DNA from: a plasmid
Reading direction: 5' to 3' (one strand)
Length of the DNA stretch: 64,000 bases
Sequence record: NZ_CP033968.1
The notes under the pieces were generated by a model. The model had not been told where the DNA came from. It made no database searches and was given only the letters and a program-made list of their open reading frames with translations. Positions 1-9,024 of the stretch are shown piece by piece; positions within the stretch are counted from its first letter, which is position 1, and every line of letters starts with the position of its first letter. The translations under genes were made by a program, and so were the position numbers.

Positions 1-71
1 CAGTTCAACCTGTTACCCCGTCCGGAACGCACCTGACACGAGGGTATGAAACGCTTATTCTGATAAAGCTC

Positions 72-275
72 TCACACCCTCAAAAGGGCAGCGTACGCCT
101 GATCATTCATGACATTCACCATGTCGACCGCTGCGGATTCGTCCACCGCAAGTACTCGGACCGTCTCGACCAGATCGAGGCCGCGATCGACAACGACGTG
201 ATGCGGCACCTCCTCGAGCTCTGCTGAGCATCGCACTCGCATTGCAACCGCCTGTACCGCGCATCGATAGTCCAT
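72..275 (-). CDS. small hypothetical protein (67 aa from internal ATG; track ORF 72..308 begins at TTG)
   Basis: AAGGAGG 7 nt upstream of ATG at 275 on minus strand; divergent from primase gene; no recognisable family. Confidence 0.35.
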   Translation of the reverse strand: MDYRCAVQAVAMRVRCSAELEEVPHHVVVDRGLDLVETVRVLAVDESAAVDMVNVMNDQAYAALLRV

Positions 276-465
276 GGTTTCGACCTCCTTCAATTGTTTC
301 TTGACCAAACCCCACTAAGTGGGTTTCTGTAACACGTAACCATAAATCTATCGGCCATCACCGGACAAGGGAAATTGCCCCGGGGTAGCGGCGACCCAAA
401 TGGCCCCCTTATGGACCTGCGTGATTCATCTCCTGGCATCAAGGAATTTCATCAGGAGCATCCAG

Positions 466-1515
466 ATGGCTAACAGCAATTCAAAGGACTGGAAAGTCGA
501 TTTCTCCAAGGTGCGCAAGGATTTCCCTCTCGATTGGGTCTTCGAGCGCATGCTTGGTGCAATCCCCAAGCCCATGAGCGGCACGATCCGTTACTCGATC
601 TGCCCGAATCCGGAATGCGGTGCGTCTTCCGAAGGTTCGGTGAAGGTGAGTGTGAAGGACGACACGTGGAAGTGCTTCGCGTGCAACAAGCACGGTGACG
701 TGATTGAAGCTGCTTCTCTGTACTTGGGTAAGTCTCCCCTCGAGACTGCGCTGGAGCTCAGTGGTGCTGACGCGAACGCTATCCGTTCGTACACGCCCCC
801 AAAGCCGAAGCCAGCGATCGAGAGGGATGACTCGGCTCTTGAAGAAGTCTTCTCCAAGCTTGTTGCTGCGCTGCCCGAACCGTCTCGCGATGGTATCGAG
901 TACCTTGCCGGTCGAGGAATCTCGCCGGAGATCACTCGAACCGCCTGTCGAAAGGGCATCCTTCTGACGCTTCCGTCAAACCCAAAGGAAGCCAAGGAGT
1001 TCCTACTTCACCACATTGGCCAGGGCCTCATGACGAGAGCCGGCTTGTGGAAGGAAGGATCAAAAGCGCCTGCAGCAGCTTTCCGTCCTCTGGTTCTGGT
1101 GTCGAACAACCGGAGGGCTGCGGAGTTTCGTTACTTGCGTGCGACGCGATCCGACGAGGTCAAATCGCTACGCTACGGAACGATTGCTCCGTGGGGATGG
1201 CTTGGTGAATCGAAGCAACGCATTTTGATCACCGAGGGCTGCATCGACTTGCTGTCTGCTGTCGCACTGGGTACGAAGCGAAGCATAATGGGCCTGCCAG
1301 GCTGCGAAAACTGGCGCCCAGAATGGTTCGAAACGTTCCGCGGAGCAGACGTTTTGGCTGCATTTGACGATGATGATGCAGGGCGAACCGCGTTGGAGAA
1401 AATCCGACCTGTCCTGGAGGCTGCAGTTGGCGGACCGATCGGTACGTACACGCTGCCACCTGGCGCGAAGGATCTCAACGAGGAGCTCAAGCTCAAACTC
1501 GGTCTAAAAATGTAG
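466..1515 (+). CDS. DNA primase-like protein (DnaG-type zinc finger + TOPRIM)
   Basis: Motif CPNPECG...WKCFACNKHGDVIEAASLY resembles DnaG CHC2 zinc-binding domain; TOPRIM-like ILITEGCIDLLS and acidic DDDDAG; AGGAG 8 nt before ATG at 466 (M23 of track ORF 400..1515). Confidence 0.7.
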   Translation: MANSNSKDWKVDFSKVRKDFPLDWVFERMLGAIPKPMSGTIRYSICPNPECGASSEGSVKVSVKDDTWKCFACNKHGDVIEAASLYLGKSPLETALELSGADANAIRSYTPPKPKPAIERDDSALEEVFSKLVAALPEPSRDGIEYLAGRGISPEITRTACRKGILLTLPSNPKEAKEFLLHHIGQGLMTRAGLWKEGSKAPAAAFRPLVLVSNNRRAAEFRYLRATRSDEVKSLRYGTIAPWGWLGESKQRILITEGCIDLLSAVALGTKRSIMGLPGCENWRPEWFETFRGADVLAAFDDDDAGRTALEKIRPVLEAAVGGPIGTYTLPPGAKDLNEELKLKLGLKM

Positions 1516-1524
1516 TCCCCCAAA

Positions 1525-1556
1525 CCCGGCTCCCCCGCCGGGTTTTTTCTTTTTTG
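1525..1556 (+). terminator. rho-independent terminator after primase gene
   Basis: cccggctcccccgccggg hairpin followed by T-run tttttt-c-tttttt. Confidence 0.7.
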
Positions 1557-1681
1557 TACGCCACTTGTAGCAATACAGCTACGCCAATATTCCACATACG
1601 CGTTAGACTAGCATCCTGCTTTACCAACGGGCGGGAAGGCTTGACGGCCAACAAGAGCCCCCAGCATTTGGAGTTCATTCT

Positions 1682-2230
1682 TTGGACAGACGGCGATTTC
1701 TTACTTGCACAGCCGGCGCGTTGATCGCCACGTGCACCGACCCACTATTTGCACGGACGGACCCGCATTTCTGGGAGCGCCCGAGGCGCCTCTGGATCAA
1801 GACGGAGGTTCGTAAGGGAGTCATCGAGGAGATCAGCGAGACATACTGGGCCAACGGCCGCGTGGTGTGGCCAGGCTACCTCGCTATCTGCCGCCTGATG
1901 CGCGATGTACGTGCCGACGCCGCAGTTCAGATGAGTACCACACTGCTCGATATTCTCTATGGAATGCAAGGCTGGACGGAAATGAACGGACGTCGCAAGG
2001 TAATCGCACTGACCTCGGGCTACCGCACTAAGCCCACCAATGAGGCCGTCGGCGGGAAGGGTGACTCCAGGCACATGAAGGGCGCCGCTGCGGATATCTT
2101 TATCCCCGGCGTCTCCGTTGCTGACATGGGCAAGCTCGCTCAGCATTTGCGGGGGGGCGGAGTTGGCTTCTACCCGTCAAAAGGCGTCGTCCACGTCGAT
2201 GACGGCGATCTGCGCTCGTGGCGCTCATGA
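1682..2230 (+). CDS. DUF882 / peptidase M15A-like (YcbK-like) exported protein, Tat-type signal
   Basis: N-terminal RRRFLTCTAGALIA twin-arginine motif; SGYRT...GDSRHMKGAAADI and VVHVDDG resemble M15 Zn-binding H/D/H; TTG start with GGAG upstream. Confidence 0.55.
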   Translation: MDRRRFLTCTAGALIATCTDPLFARTDPHFWERPRRLWIKTEVRKGVIEEISETYWANGRVVWPGYLAICRLMRDVRADAAVQMSTTLLDILYGMQGWTEMNGRRKVIALTSGYRTKPTNEAVGGKGDSRHMKGAAADIFIPGVSVADMGKLAQHLRGGGVGFYPSKGVVHVDDGDLRSWRS

Positions 2231-2398
2231 TCCGGGAATAACACGCATAAATACGCTTGTAGTATCGTTTCGATTCATTTAGTATTGCACCCATTGCTTG
2301 GCCTGACGGCCGAGTGAGACGTGCAGTAGCAGTTTGGGGATCGTGACTGTTCCCTCCAATGGCCTCTCTACCTGACCCCTGAGTAGGCTTTTCTCCCG

Positions 2399-2431
2399 AC
2401 CAGCTCCCCTCCCGAGAGCTGGTTTTTTTTT
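2399..2431 (+). terminator. rho-independent terminator
   Basis: ccagctcccctcccgagagctgg hairpin + ttttttttt. Confidence 0.65.
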
Positions 2432-2446
2432 GGTGCTCCCGGCGCG

Positions 2447-2475
2447 AAAAAAACAAAGGCCGCCAAGGGCGGCCG
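2447..2475 (-). terminator. rho-independent terminator for minus-strand traD operon
   Basis: A-run then ggccgccaagggcggcc hairpin on plus = hairpin+T-run on minus, just downstream of gene ending at 2500. Confidence 0.6.
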
Positions 2476-2499
2476 GCTTATGTTGAGTCTAGCCCGGAG

Positions 2500-3393
2500 C
2501 TAGTACAGCTTCGACCAGGAGATCTGATTCGCCAGCGGCCGGTACGGGGTAGCCGACAGATCGATCGCCCTCAGCGTAGGGTTCCGGCCGGTGAGGTACC
2601 AGTTGTCGTTCTGTTGCGACATCAAGTACCTTTCGGCCATCTGCTGCAGCGCCCGGCGATATCGGTCCACGTTCTCGCCACCGGACGCCTCCTCGAGAAG
2701 GGCGGCCGACCGGATTCCCGGCTGCAACCACGCTGCCCGCGCCAGCATGTAGCCTTCGTCTCCCGCGACGATGTAGATCTCCCCCTCGACGGCATCAGGC
2801 ACTGGATCGATCATGAAGGGGAACTCCACGGGCAGGACCAGCCAGCGACGCCAAAACTCATAGTGAATTCGCAGTCGAAGGACATCCTTGCGCGTCCCCA
2901 GCGTTTCGCAGCACCGCTCAAAGTTCACTTCACCCAGCGTGCGCCCGAACAGCCACTGTGCCGCCTTCACCAGTTGATCTGGCTTAGTCCGTTTGTCGAA
3001 CAAAGCCTCAACGTTCGCCTTGACGATCCGGTAGCAGAGACGTTCCACGCCCTCCTCAAAGTCCTCCTCTGTCAGGTTCCTCAGGTAATCTTCTTTCCGC
3101 CGTTTTTGGGTCGTTCCAGCGTTGGGAATACTACTGAGTGCGGCGAGAGCAAGTTCTTCGCTAAAAGGACGTGCGAGTCCAGCAGCTTCTTCATCCCCCA
3201 CAGAAGCCATTTCGCCGTCGCCGTCAGAATCGCTAAGATCGAAGGCGTCAAGATCTTTGAAAAGATTGGAACAATCAAAGCTCTCAAGCCAGCGATGCAC
3301 ATCACGAGGGTCAGACAGATCGCCGCGATCACCAGAAACACCATCCAATCCGACGTGATCATAGCCATTCTCCCAGTTTAGGTTTTCACTCAT
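2500..3393 (-). CDS. hypothetical protein with acidic N-terminal region, last gene of traD operon
   Basis: ATG with GGAG 7 nt upstream; D/E/S-rich N-terminus; no family recognised. Confidence 0.5.
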   Translation of the reverse strand: MSENLNWENGYDHVGLDGVSGDRGDLSDPRDVHRWLESFDCSNLFKDLDAFDLSDSDGDGEMASVGDEEAAGLARPFSEELALAALSSIPNAGTTQKRRKEDYLRNLTEEDFEEGVERLCYRIVKANVEALFDKRTKPDQLVKAAQWLFGRTLGEVNFERCCETLGTRKDVLRLRIHYEFWRRWLVLPVEFPFMIDPVPDAVEGEIYIVAGDEGYMLARAAWLQPGIRSAALLEEASGGENVDRYRRALQQMAERYLMSQQNDNWYLTGRNPTLRAIDLSATPYRPLANQISWSKLY

Positions 3394-3490
3394 TTCATGC
3401 TCCGTACGTTGTGTTCAAGCCTTCCCGTCCAGTCGTTAGCGAGCGGGAGGGCCTGCTACTCAATCCCTGTCCTTCCTTCGTATGCAGGGG

Positions 3491-5260
3491 CTACTCGTTC
3501 GCCAGTTCCTGACCGAAATCTCGCTTCCTCCCACCGCTGGGCACGCTGCTCCCGCCGAGGTACTTGTCGGCATTCTTGAAGAAGTCGGCACCTTCAACTT
3601 GGGGGCGTCGGAAGTGGTTGATGCGGAGTGGGCCAATCTCCCGCTGCAGTTTCTTGTCAATCGTGATCATGGGCACGCGAAGGTTGAAAACCGTATCTCC
3701 GCCGTACGTGACAATGCACTCACCCTTGCCAAGCGCTTTGAGATCGTCAGGAGAAACCTTGTATTCTTCCTGTTCCCGCTGGCCCTCCGAGAATCCCGAA
3801 CCTGCGCCAGCGCCACCTTCCGGAGTCATATTCAGCAACGGCGAGTTCGTACTCTGGTTCTGTGTCGCACTCAACGACTTGGCAATACCCGTTTGATAGC
3901 CAATGAGCTCCGCACACTCTTCCGCCGTCGCCTGTGTCCCCACTTTGAACATGATCTTCGTCCAGGTGTTGCCGATCACCATCTCCTTGAACTCATCGGA
4001 AACAGACTCAAGGTTGGCCATTGTTTGTACCGCAGGCCAGAGTGCGATGCGTGCGCTGCGTGACTGCTCGAATGGGCGGGCCAGGGATTGCACAGCGTAG
4101 CTACCTGCTTCATCCATGAAGACGAAGAAGGGAGGATTCGGGCGTTGGCTCTCAGGAAGTGCCTGCACCCAAGATATGGCGGTACGAAGATCACCGAGGA
4201 ACATCTTCCCGAAGTTCGATGCCGCCTCGTTCTTTCCCATGGTCGGCAGTGCAACGTAGATGATCTTGTTGCTTTTGATCGCCTCGAAAAGATCGATCTC
4301 CGGTGTGTAGGTGTTCATGACCTTGCCGAAGCTACCGGTCCCGAACATATACATGCGGCCTCCAACTCCGCCGAAGGTCTCTCGCATCCGCTTGATGTCG
4401 ACCATGTTCTCCAGCCCGGAGCCAGGTTTTCCACCACCCTTGTACTGTTCAAGGAATAGCGACAGGTTCTTCGTAGCGTCGTGGTGGGGGCGCGTCTTTT
4501 TCAGCCGCGTCTCGAGCTCCTCCATCGCTCTGTGATTCATGAGCAGGATCGTGAAGTCGATGAAGTTGTAGGCTAGCCCGGCCGCCTGCATCGCGGCCAC
4601 CAGGGTTGTAATGCCTTGGTTTGCGCTCTGCTTATAGTGGTCCGCCCCGGGATTCGAGTCGGTTGCCGGAATTAGCGAGAGGACACGCGCAGATACTTCG
4701 TCTGGCTCCCCGCGCAGAATAGGGCTGTACGTGTGGCTCTTGTCCGGATCACCGGGGTTGAGGATGAGCAAGTCCTGTTCGCGACCGCACGCGCAGCAGT
4801 ACTGGTAGACCGTCTCCATGTCCTCTGCAGTCAACTTGCCGTCCATGAAAATCAGGCCGCCGCCCCGCTGGATCTGCTGAAACATCAGCAATCTGCCCAT
4901 CACGGTCTTCCCCACGCCGGACTGGCCGCCGATGAAACCATGCCGCATCAAGTCGTCATCTGGCAGATACACTGGCTTACCGGTATCTGTCGTGAAGCCC
5001 AGCAACAGACCATCCGGCTTGGTCAACGCCGCGGCTGACTGAATGCTGATCTTCGATTCGAGGATGTTCTGTTGGCGCCAGAAGTCGAATAGCCGGGTGC
5101 CAAGGTATGTTGCGCCGGCGGCGCCAAGTGCCATTGGGACAGCCGCCGGTATGTTGGCAAAGTAGGGTGATGTCATCAAAGCGCCGGCGCCCATGGAACT
5201 GAGTGCGAGCGTGTCGCGTGTTCCGCCAAGCTTTGTCCGATAAATCTGATCAATGCTCAT
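3491..5260 (-). CDS. traD: type IV coupling protein (TraD/VirD4 family)
   Basis: N-terminal hydrophobic segments, Walker A GGQSGVGKT, overall T4CP architecture; start moved to ATG (MSIDQIY, GGAGG 9 nt upstream) because track TTG at 5326 abuts a terminator T-run. Confidence 0.75.
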   Translation of the reverse strand: MSIDQIYRTKLGGTRDTLALSSMGAGALMTSPYFANIPAAVPMALGAAGATYLGTRLFDFWRQQNILESKISIQSAAALTKPDGLLLGFTTDTGKPVYLPDDDLMRHGFIGGQSGVGKTVMGRLLMFQQIQRGGGLIFMDGKLTAEDMETVYQYCCACGREQDLLILNPGDPDKSHTYSPILRGEPDEVSARVLSLIPATDSNPGADHYKQSANQGITTLVAAMQAAGLAYNFIDFTILLMNHRAMEELETRLKKTRPHHDATKNLSLFLEQYKGGGKPGSGLENMVDIKRMRETFGGVGGRMYMFGTGSFGKVMNTYTPEIDLFEAIKSNKIIYVALPTMGKNEAASNFGKMFLGDLRTAISWVQALPESQRPNPPFFVFMDEAGSYAVQSLARPFEQSRSARIALWPAVQTMANLESVSDEFKEMVIGNTWTKIMFKVGTQATAEECAELIGYQTGIAKSLSATQNQSTNSPLLNMTPEGGAGAGSGFSEGQREQEEYKVSPDDLKALGKGECIVTYGGDTVFNLRVPMITIDKKLQREIGPLRINHFRRPQVEGADFFKNADKYLGGSSVPSGGRKRDFGQELANE

Positions 5261-5324
5261 GAGAGCTGCCTCCATTTCCAGCGCACCTGCATCCTTTCCT
5301 GGTACCGGTGCGCATGCTTCGAGC

Positions 5325-5359
5325 AAAAAAGCCCCGGTGCGCGAGAAGCGACCGGGGGC
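5325..5359 (-). terminator. intrinsic terminator/attenuator between Rad52-like gene and traD
   Basis: minus-strand gcccccggtcgcttctcgcgcaccggggc hairpin followed by tttttt. Confidence 0.6.
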
Positions 5360-5365
5360 AGTGGG

Positions 5366-6241
5366 TTAAAGAAAAATCTCGTCCTTGGGAGACTGCTGGG
5401 TGAGTTGAAGGCGCGGGTGGCTCAACAGAAGGGCGCTTTCGACTTTGGTGAGCCCTGCGTCCTGCTCAACCGTCTGTCGTGCGATCGCAACGTCGGCGAT
5501 CTTTTGGTTCTGGTCGTCAAGCCTGGTCTTGTACATGGTGTAGCGATCGGACTTGGCAGAATCAGCTTGCTGACTCTGCGCACCGGCACGCTGCCTTGGC
5601 GGTGCTGCATCGACGCCACTCGCTCCGGGAGGAGGGGTGTCGGTGAGCCCAGGCCCGCGATCCGGACTACCAAACTTGGCGTGCAGGCCTTCCAAGTACT
5701 TCACGTCACTGAAGAGGTTCATATGTACGTCAGCGCCGAATCCAAGCAACGACATACATTTGCTCATCCCATCCGTGAAGCTCTTCTTTGGCGCCTCTTC
5801 GTCAGTGAAGACGCCGTGGGTCGTACGCCCGACAAACGTCGTCTGGCCGAACTGTTCGATCTCACCGCGTCGAATCTCGCCTCTCCAATCCATCTCGTAC
5901 CAGAAGCGAACGCGCAATTTATGGATCAGCTCGCGCCCCCAAGAGTTGCCGTTCTCGTCCCAGCCCAACGGAGACCCCTCCAGAATCTCTTCCGAAACAA
6001 TGGTGCACCCCCAACCTAGTCCCATTGGACCGAACAGCTTGGTGGCTTTCTGGACGAGGTAGGTTGGAGTAACTGCTGTACCTGAGAACCCGCTATGAGT
6101 GCTGAACTCCTTCGTGAAGGTTGGATCAGTATGAAACACCTTGTCCCAGACATGAGCACAGCCTTCACCCAGTGGTCCTTGCATCCACCCCGGAACCGGT
6201 AAGTTGGTCCCCTTGCTGTTGTTGCTGCCGTTTTCACTCAT
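5366..6241 (-). CDS. putative Rad52/Sak-family single-strand annealing protein
   Basis: ATKLFGPMGLGWG and PKKSFTDGMSKCMSLLGFGADV match the FG-x-GW and KSAxTDAxKRxxxxFGxG signatures of Rad52-like SSAPs; S/Q-rich C-terminal tail; function by motif only. Confidence 0.4.
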   Translation of the reverse strand: MSENGSNNSKGTNLPVPGWMQGPLGEGCAHVWDKVFHTDPTFTKEFSTHSGFSGTAVTPTYLVQKATKLFGPMGLGWGCTIVSEEILEGSPLGWDENGNSWGRELIHKLRVRFWYEMDWRGEIRRGEIEQFGQTTFVGRTTHGVFTDEEAPKKSFTDGMSKCMSLLGFGADVHMNLFSDVKYLEGLHAKFGSPDRGPGLTDTPPPGASGVDAAPPRQRAGAQSQQADSAKSDRYTMYKTRLDDQNQKIADVAIARQTVEQDAGLTKVESALLLSHPRLQLTQQSPKDEIFL

Positions 6242-6352
6242 TCATCGACCCTCCTATGACTGATGCGGGAATGCCTTGCGAAGAGGTATGCGGCACAACG
6301 TCGGATAAGGCCTACCAGGCCGGGTTGCGGACAGACTTGTCTCGGCTCACAC

Positions 6353-6380
6353 TTGCGAATACTTAACACGTCGTTATAAT
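6353..6380 (+). promoter_or_regulatory. sigma70-like promoter for tra operon (TTGCGA-16-TATAAT)
   Basis: TTGCGA at 6353-6358, 16-nt spacer, TATAAT at 6375-6380, in divergent intergenic region. Confidence 0.45.
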
Positions 6381-6420
6381 TCTATTGTGCGTGCGAAACG
6401 TTTGCAATCGTTGCACTCTT

Positions 6421-6444
6421 TATCGGTACGCGTTATTCTTCGCC
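6421..6444 (+). promoter_or_regulatory. GGTACG box copy a (tatcggtacgcgttattcttcg)
   Basis: member of the recurring motif family (see findings); lies in 5' leader of OmpA-like/tra operon. Confidence 0.4.
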
Positions 6445-6465
6445 ATCACATCATCCTGTATCGCA

Positions 6466-7092
6466 ATGACCCGACTTCTCAAACCGGCAGTCGCCCTTGT
6501 GTTCGCGAGCCTCGCGTGGCAGGCGTGGGCGGTGGACGCGCATCAGATCGTCGTTCCCCAAAGCGACGGCATCGCAATTGAGCCCGCCCATCGCGCTCAC
6601 GTTTTGTCCGACCAGCAGCGGAACTTCCAACTGAAGCGCGATGGCGCTTTCTGGATGGTCATGGAACCCGCACGCTCGCGCGCACTGATACCGGAGGAGG
6701 AAGCTCGCCTAGCGGCAGAGGAAGCCAGCTTGAACGCCGCGCCCAAGGATTCGACGCCCGTAGCGGCTGCGACTCTCCATTTCTCGTTCAACCGGGCAAA
6801 GCCTATGTCTTGGAGCCCGCTGGCCAAAGTGCTGAATCAGGCCCAGACTTCATCGGCGCGCATCACCGTGGTCGGCCACGCCGACGAGGTGGGAACCGCT
6901 CAGTACAACAAGCGACTCTCCGAGGTCCGCGCAAACGAGGTTCGTCGCTACCTGACGGCAAAGGGCGTCGATCCCGCTCGGATCAGTGTTGAAGGGCGGG
7001 GCAAACTCGAGCCGGTTGCCCCTGGTGATGGCGTACGGAACCGGCGGGCGGTCATTGACGTCCTGGCATTTCCGCAGGGGGCAGGCCAGTGA
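6466..7092 (+). CDS. OmpA-family protein, first gene of tra operon
   Basis: signal peptide MTRLLKPAVALVFASLAWQAWA; C-terminal OmpA-like motif ITVVGHADEVGTAQYNKRLSEVRANEVRRYL...NRR. Confidence 0.65.
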   Translation: MTRLLKPAVALVFASLAWQAWAVDAHQIVVPQSDGIAIEPAHRAHVLSDQQRNFQLKRDGAFWMVMEPARSRALIPEEEARLAAEEASLNAAPKDSTPVAAATLHFSFNRAKPMSWSPLAKVLNQAQTSSARITVVGHADEVGTAQYNKRLSEVRANEVRRYLTAKGVDPARISVEGRGKLEPVAPGDGVRNRRAVIDVLAFPQGAGQ

Positions 7093-7373
7093 AAGAGATT
7101 GATATCCCGCGCTACGTCGACAATCAACCCCAGCTGTTCTTCTGGGAACTTGACGAAGCCATCATTTTCATCGGTTGTTTAGCCGGCGGAATCTCACTGG
7201 GCGGCTACTTCACGCTCGTCAGCATGGCGCTCGGTTACGGGGCAGTGAAGGCGTTCCGACGCTTCAAGAATGGTTCGCTGGAAGGCATCCTCTACCACCT
7301 GTGCTATTGGGCTGGGCTCATGGCGCTGAACAAGCAGTATCAGGACTCCTCGAAGCGCGACTTCTTCTACTAG
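7089..7373 (+). CDS. traL: conjugal transfer protein TraL (F-type)
   Basis: ~94 aa; pattern P..L.NQPQLFFWELDE...G matches F TraL (TLTNQSRWFGLPLDE); GTG start overlapping upstream stop. Confidence 0.6.
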   Translation: MKEIDIPRYVDNQPQLFFWELDEAIIFIGCLAGGISLGGYFTLVSMALGYGAVKAFRRFKNGSLEGILYHLCYWAGLMALNKQYQDSSKRDFFY

Positions 7374-7400
7374 AACCCGCCCCTTTTTTTAGTCATCTAT

Positions 7401-7428
7401 TATCGGTACGTGTTATGTATCCGTACAG
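7401..7428 (+). promoter_or_regulatory. GGTACG box copy b (tatcggtacgtgttatgtatccgtacag)
   Basis: intergenic traL-traE. Confidence 0.4.
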
Positions 7429-7446
7429 CAACCGAACGGAGTTTTG

Positions 7447-8169
7447 ATGAAGATGCCGCTGCTTACCTCCACATGGGAGGGCTCCAACAAGCTGGCCAGC
7501 GTAATGATTCTGTCGAACGTCATTCTTGCCGTCGGCGTGGTCATTGCCGTTGGCAAGCTGGTCACTGACCACGAAGTCACCCGCATCGTGCCGCCGCACC
7601 TCACAAAGGCGGTCTCCGTTGGCTGGGAATCTGCCGACCAGGAGTATCTGGAAAGCTTCGCGACGTACGTGGCCACGCTCACAGCGAATATCACTCCGAA
7701 GAACGTCGATTTCGTGATCGAGCGGCTTTCTGGCCTAGTCTCCCCACGGGTCTACACCAACGTTCGTCAGCAACTGCTGGTGCTGAGCAAGAACCCAGTC
7801 TTCAAGCACAACGGTGGCTCGGTTCGCTTCGACCCGTCGAAGGTGGTGTCCGAGAAGGAGACGAAGAAGGTCTTCATCCTTGGCCAGATGACCACCCAGA
7901 GCATCGGCGGCAAGGACACGAAGAACTATGTGATCGAGATGAACGTCGTCATGCGTGACGGGCGTCCATGGGTGGACAGCCTTGACCATTACGAAGGCTC
8001 CGATCCTCATACGCTCACCTGGATCGAGAAGAATCCGGTCCTCGCTCAAGAGGCCCTCCGCCGACAAGCGGAGAGTGCGGCAACGCAGGCCGATCAGATC
8101 CTCAAGCAGCAGGCCGCCGAATCCGTGAGCATCCAGCCCCTGAACACAACCAAGGAGGTTGCGCAATGA
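7447..8169 (+). CDS. traE: conjugal transfer protein TraE (F-type)
   Basis: N-terminal TM helix and periplasmic domain resembling F TraE; position after traL; GGAG upstream of ATG 7447. Confidence 0.6.
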   Translation: MKMPLLTSTWEGSNKLASVMILSNVILAVGVVIAVGKLVTDHEVTRIVPPHLTKAVSVGWESADQEYLESFATYVATLTANITPKNVDFVIERLSGLVSPRVYTNVRQQLLVLSKNPVFKHNGGSVRFDPSKVVSEKETKKVFILGQMTTQSIGGKDTKNYVIEMNVVMRDGRPWVDSLDHYEGSDPHTLTWIEKNPVLAQEALRRQAESAATQADQILKQQAAESVSIQPLNTTKEVAQ

Positions 8170-9023
8170 AGCGCCTCGCACTAGCTGTCGCCGCGCTGAT
8201 CGCGCTACCAGTCCTCGCGGACGAACTGCCCCCGCCGGTCCCCGGCAAGAAGCTCTCGGCGGCAGAGTCTCGCCTCGCGGAAATTGCCGCTAAGCGGGTA
8301 CAGAAAGTCCCCGCACAGAACCTGCCCGGCTTGGGCACCATGCCAGGCGACACCCAGGTGTACAAGCCGCAGGTTGTCCGCGTGAGCCCAGACCGCAATG
8401 AGGTCATCAACGTTTCGTCGGGCCTGCCCAATCGTATCGCGACACCGTTTGCAAACCCCCAGTCCATCGACGGGCAATCGGCTGACGTCGAAGTGAAGGC
8501 GGTGGGGCAGTCCCTCTACGTCACGATGAAGACCGATCGCTCGGTGGCACTGTATGTGACCGGTGACAAGCCAAACGATCCCGTCGTTTCGCTGACGCTC
8601 GTTCCCAAGAGCCTGCCTGCACAGACGATCACCCTCCAACTGGACAAGCCCGTTGCAAGCACGGGCGCTGTGCCCGGCGACGAAGAGCGGGGCGCCGACA
8701 GCTCGGTCTATACCGATCGCTTGCGCTACGTTCTGCGTCAGATCGCTCTTGGCAAGGTCCCGGAAGGCTTCTCGGACGGCGTTCTTCCGAAGTCAGTCGC
8801 ACGGATGGGGCCGGTGATCGCCTATCCATTGACCCGCTACTCGGGCCCTACCTACGACATCTTCCGCTACCGCATCGAGGCCTCAGTCGATAGCGTCGAT
8901 CTCGACGAGGGCGCGTTCTACACCGACGGCGTGCGTGCCGTGGCCTTCTTCCCATACGCCGCATTGCGCAAGGGCGAGTCGACCGAAGTGTTCATCGTAT
9001 CCGACAAGACGGAGAGCAACTGA
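8166..9023 (+). CDS. traK: conjugal transfer protein TraK-like (secretin-like/VirB9-like)
   Basis: signal peptide; synteny traE-traK-traB; AAGGAGG before ATG; overlap ATGA with traE stop. Confidence 0.5.
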   Translation: MKRLALAVAALIALPVLADELPPPVPGKKLSAAESRLAEIAAKRVQKVPAQNLPGLGTMPGDTQVYKPQVVRVSPDRNEVINVSSGLPNRIATPFANPQSIDGQSADVEVKAVGQSLYVTMKTDRSVALYVTGDKPNDPVVSLTLVPKSLPAQTITLQLDKPVASTGAVPGDEERGADSSVYTDRLRYVLRQIALGKVPEGFSDGVLPKSVARMGPVIAYPLTRYSGPTYDIFRYRIEASVDSVDLDEGAFYTDGVRAVAFFPYAALRKGESTEVFIVSDKTESN

Positions 9024-9024
9024 C

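Noticed and set aside
2614-3381. 255-aa plus-strand ORF overlapping gene 2500..3393
   Set aside because: Lies opposite a minus-strand gene with good SD and terminator context; plus-strand translation shows no features
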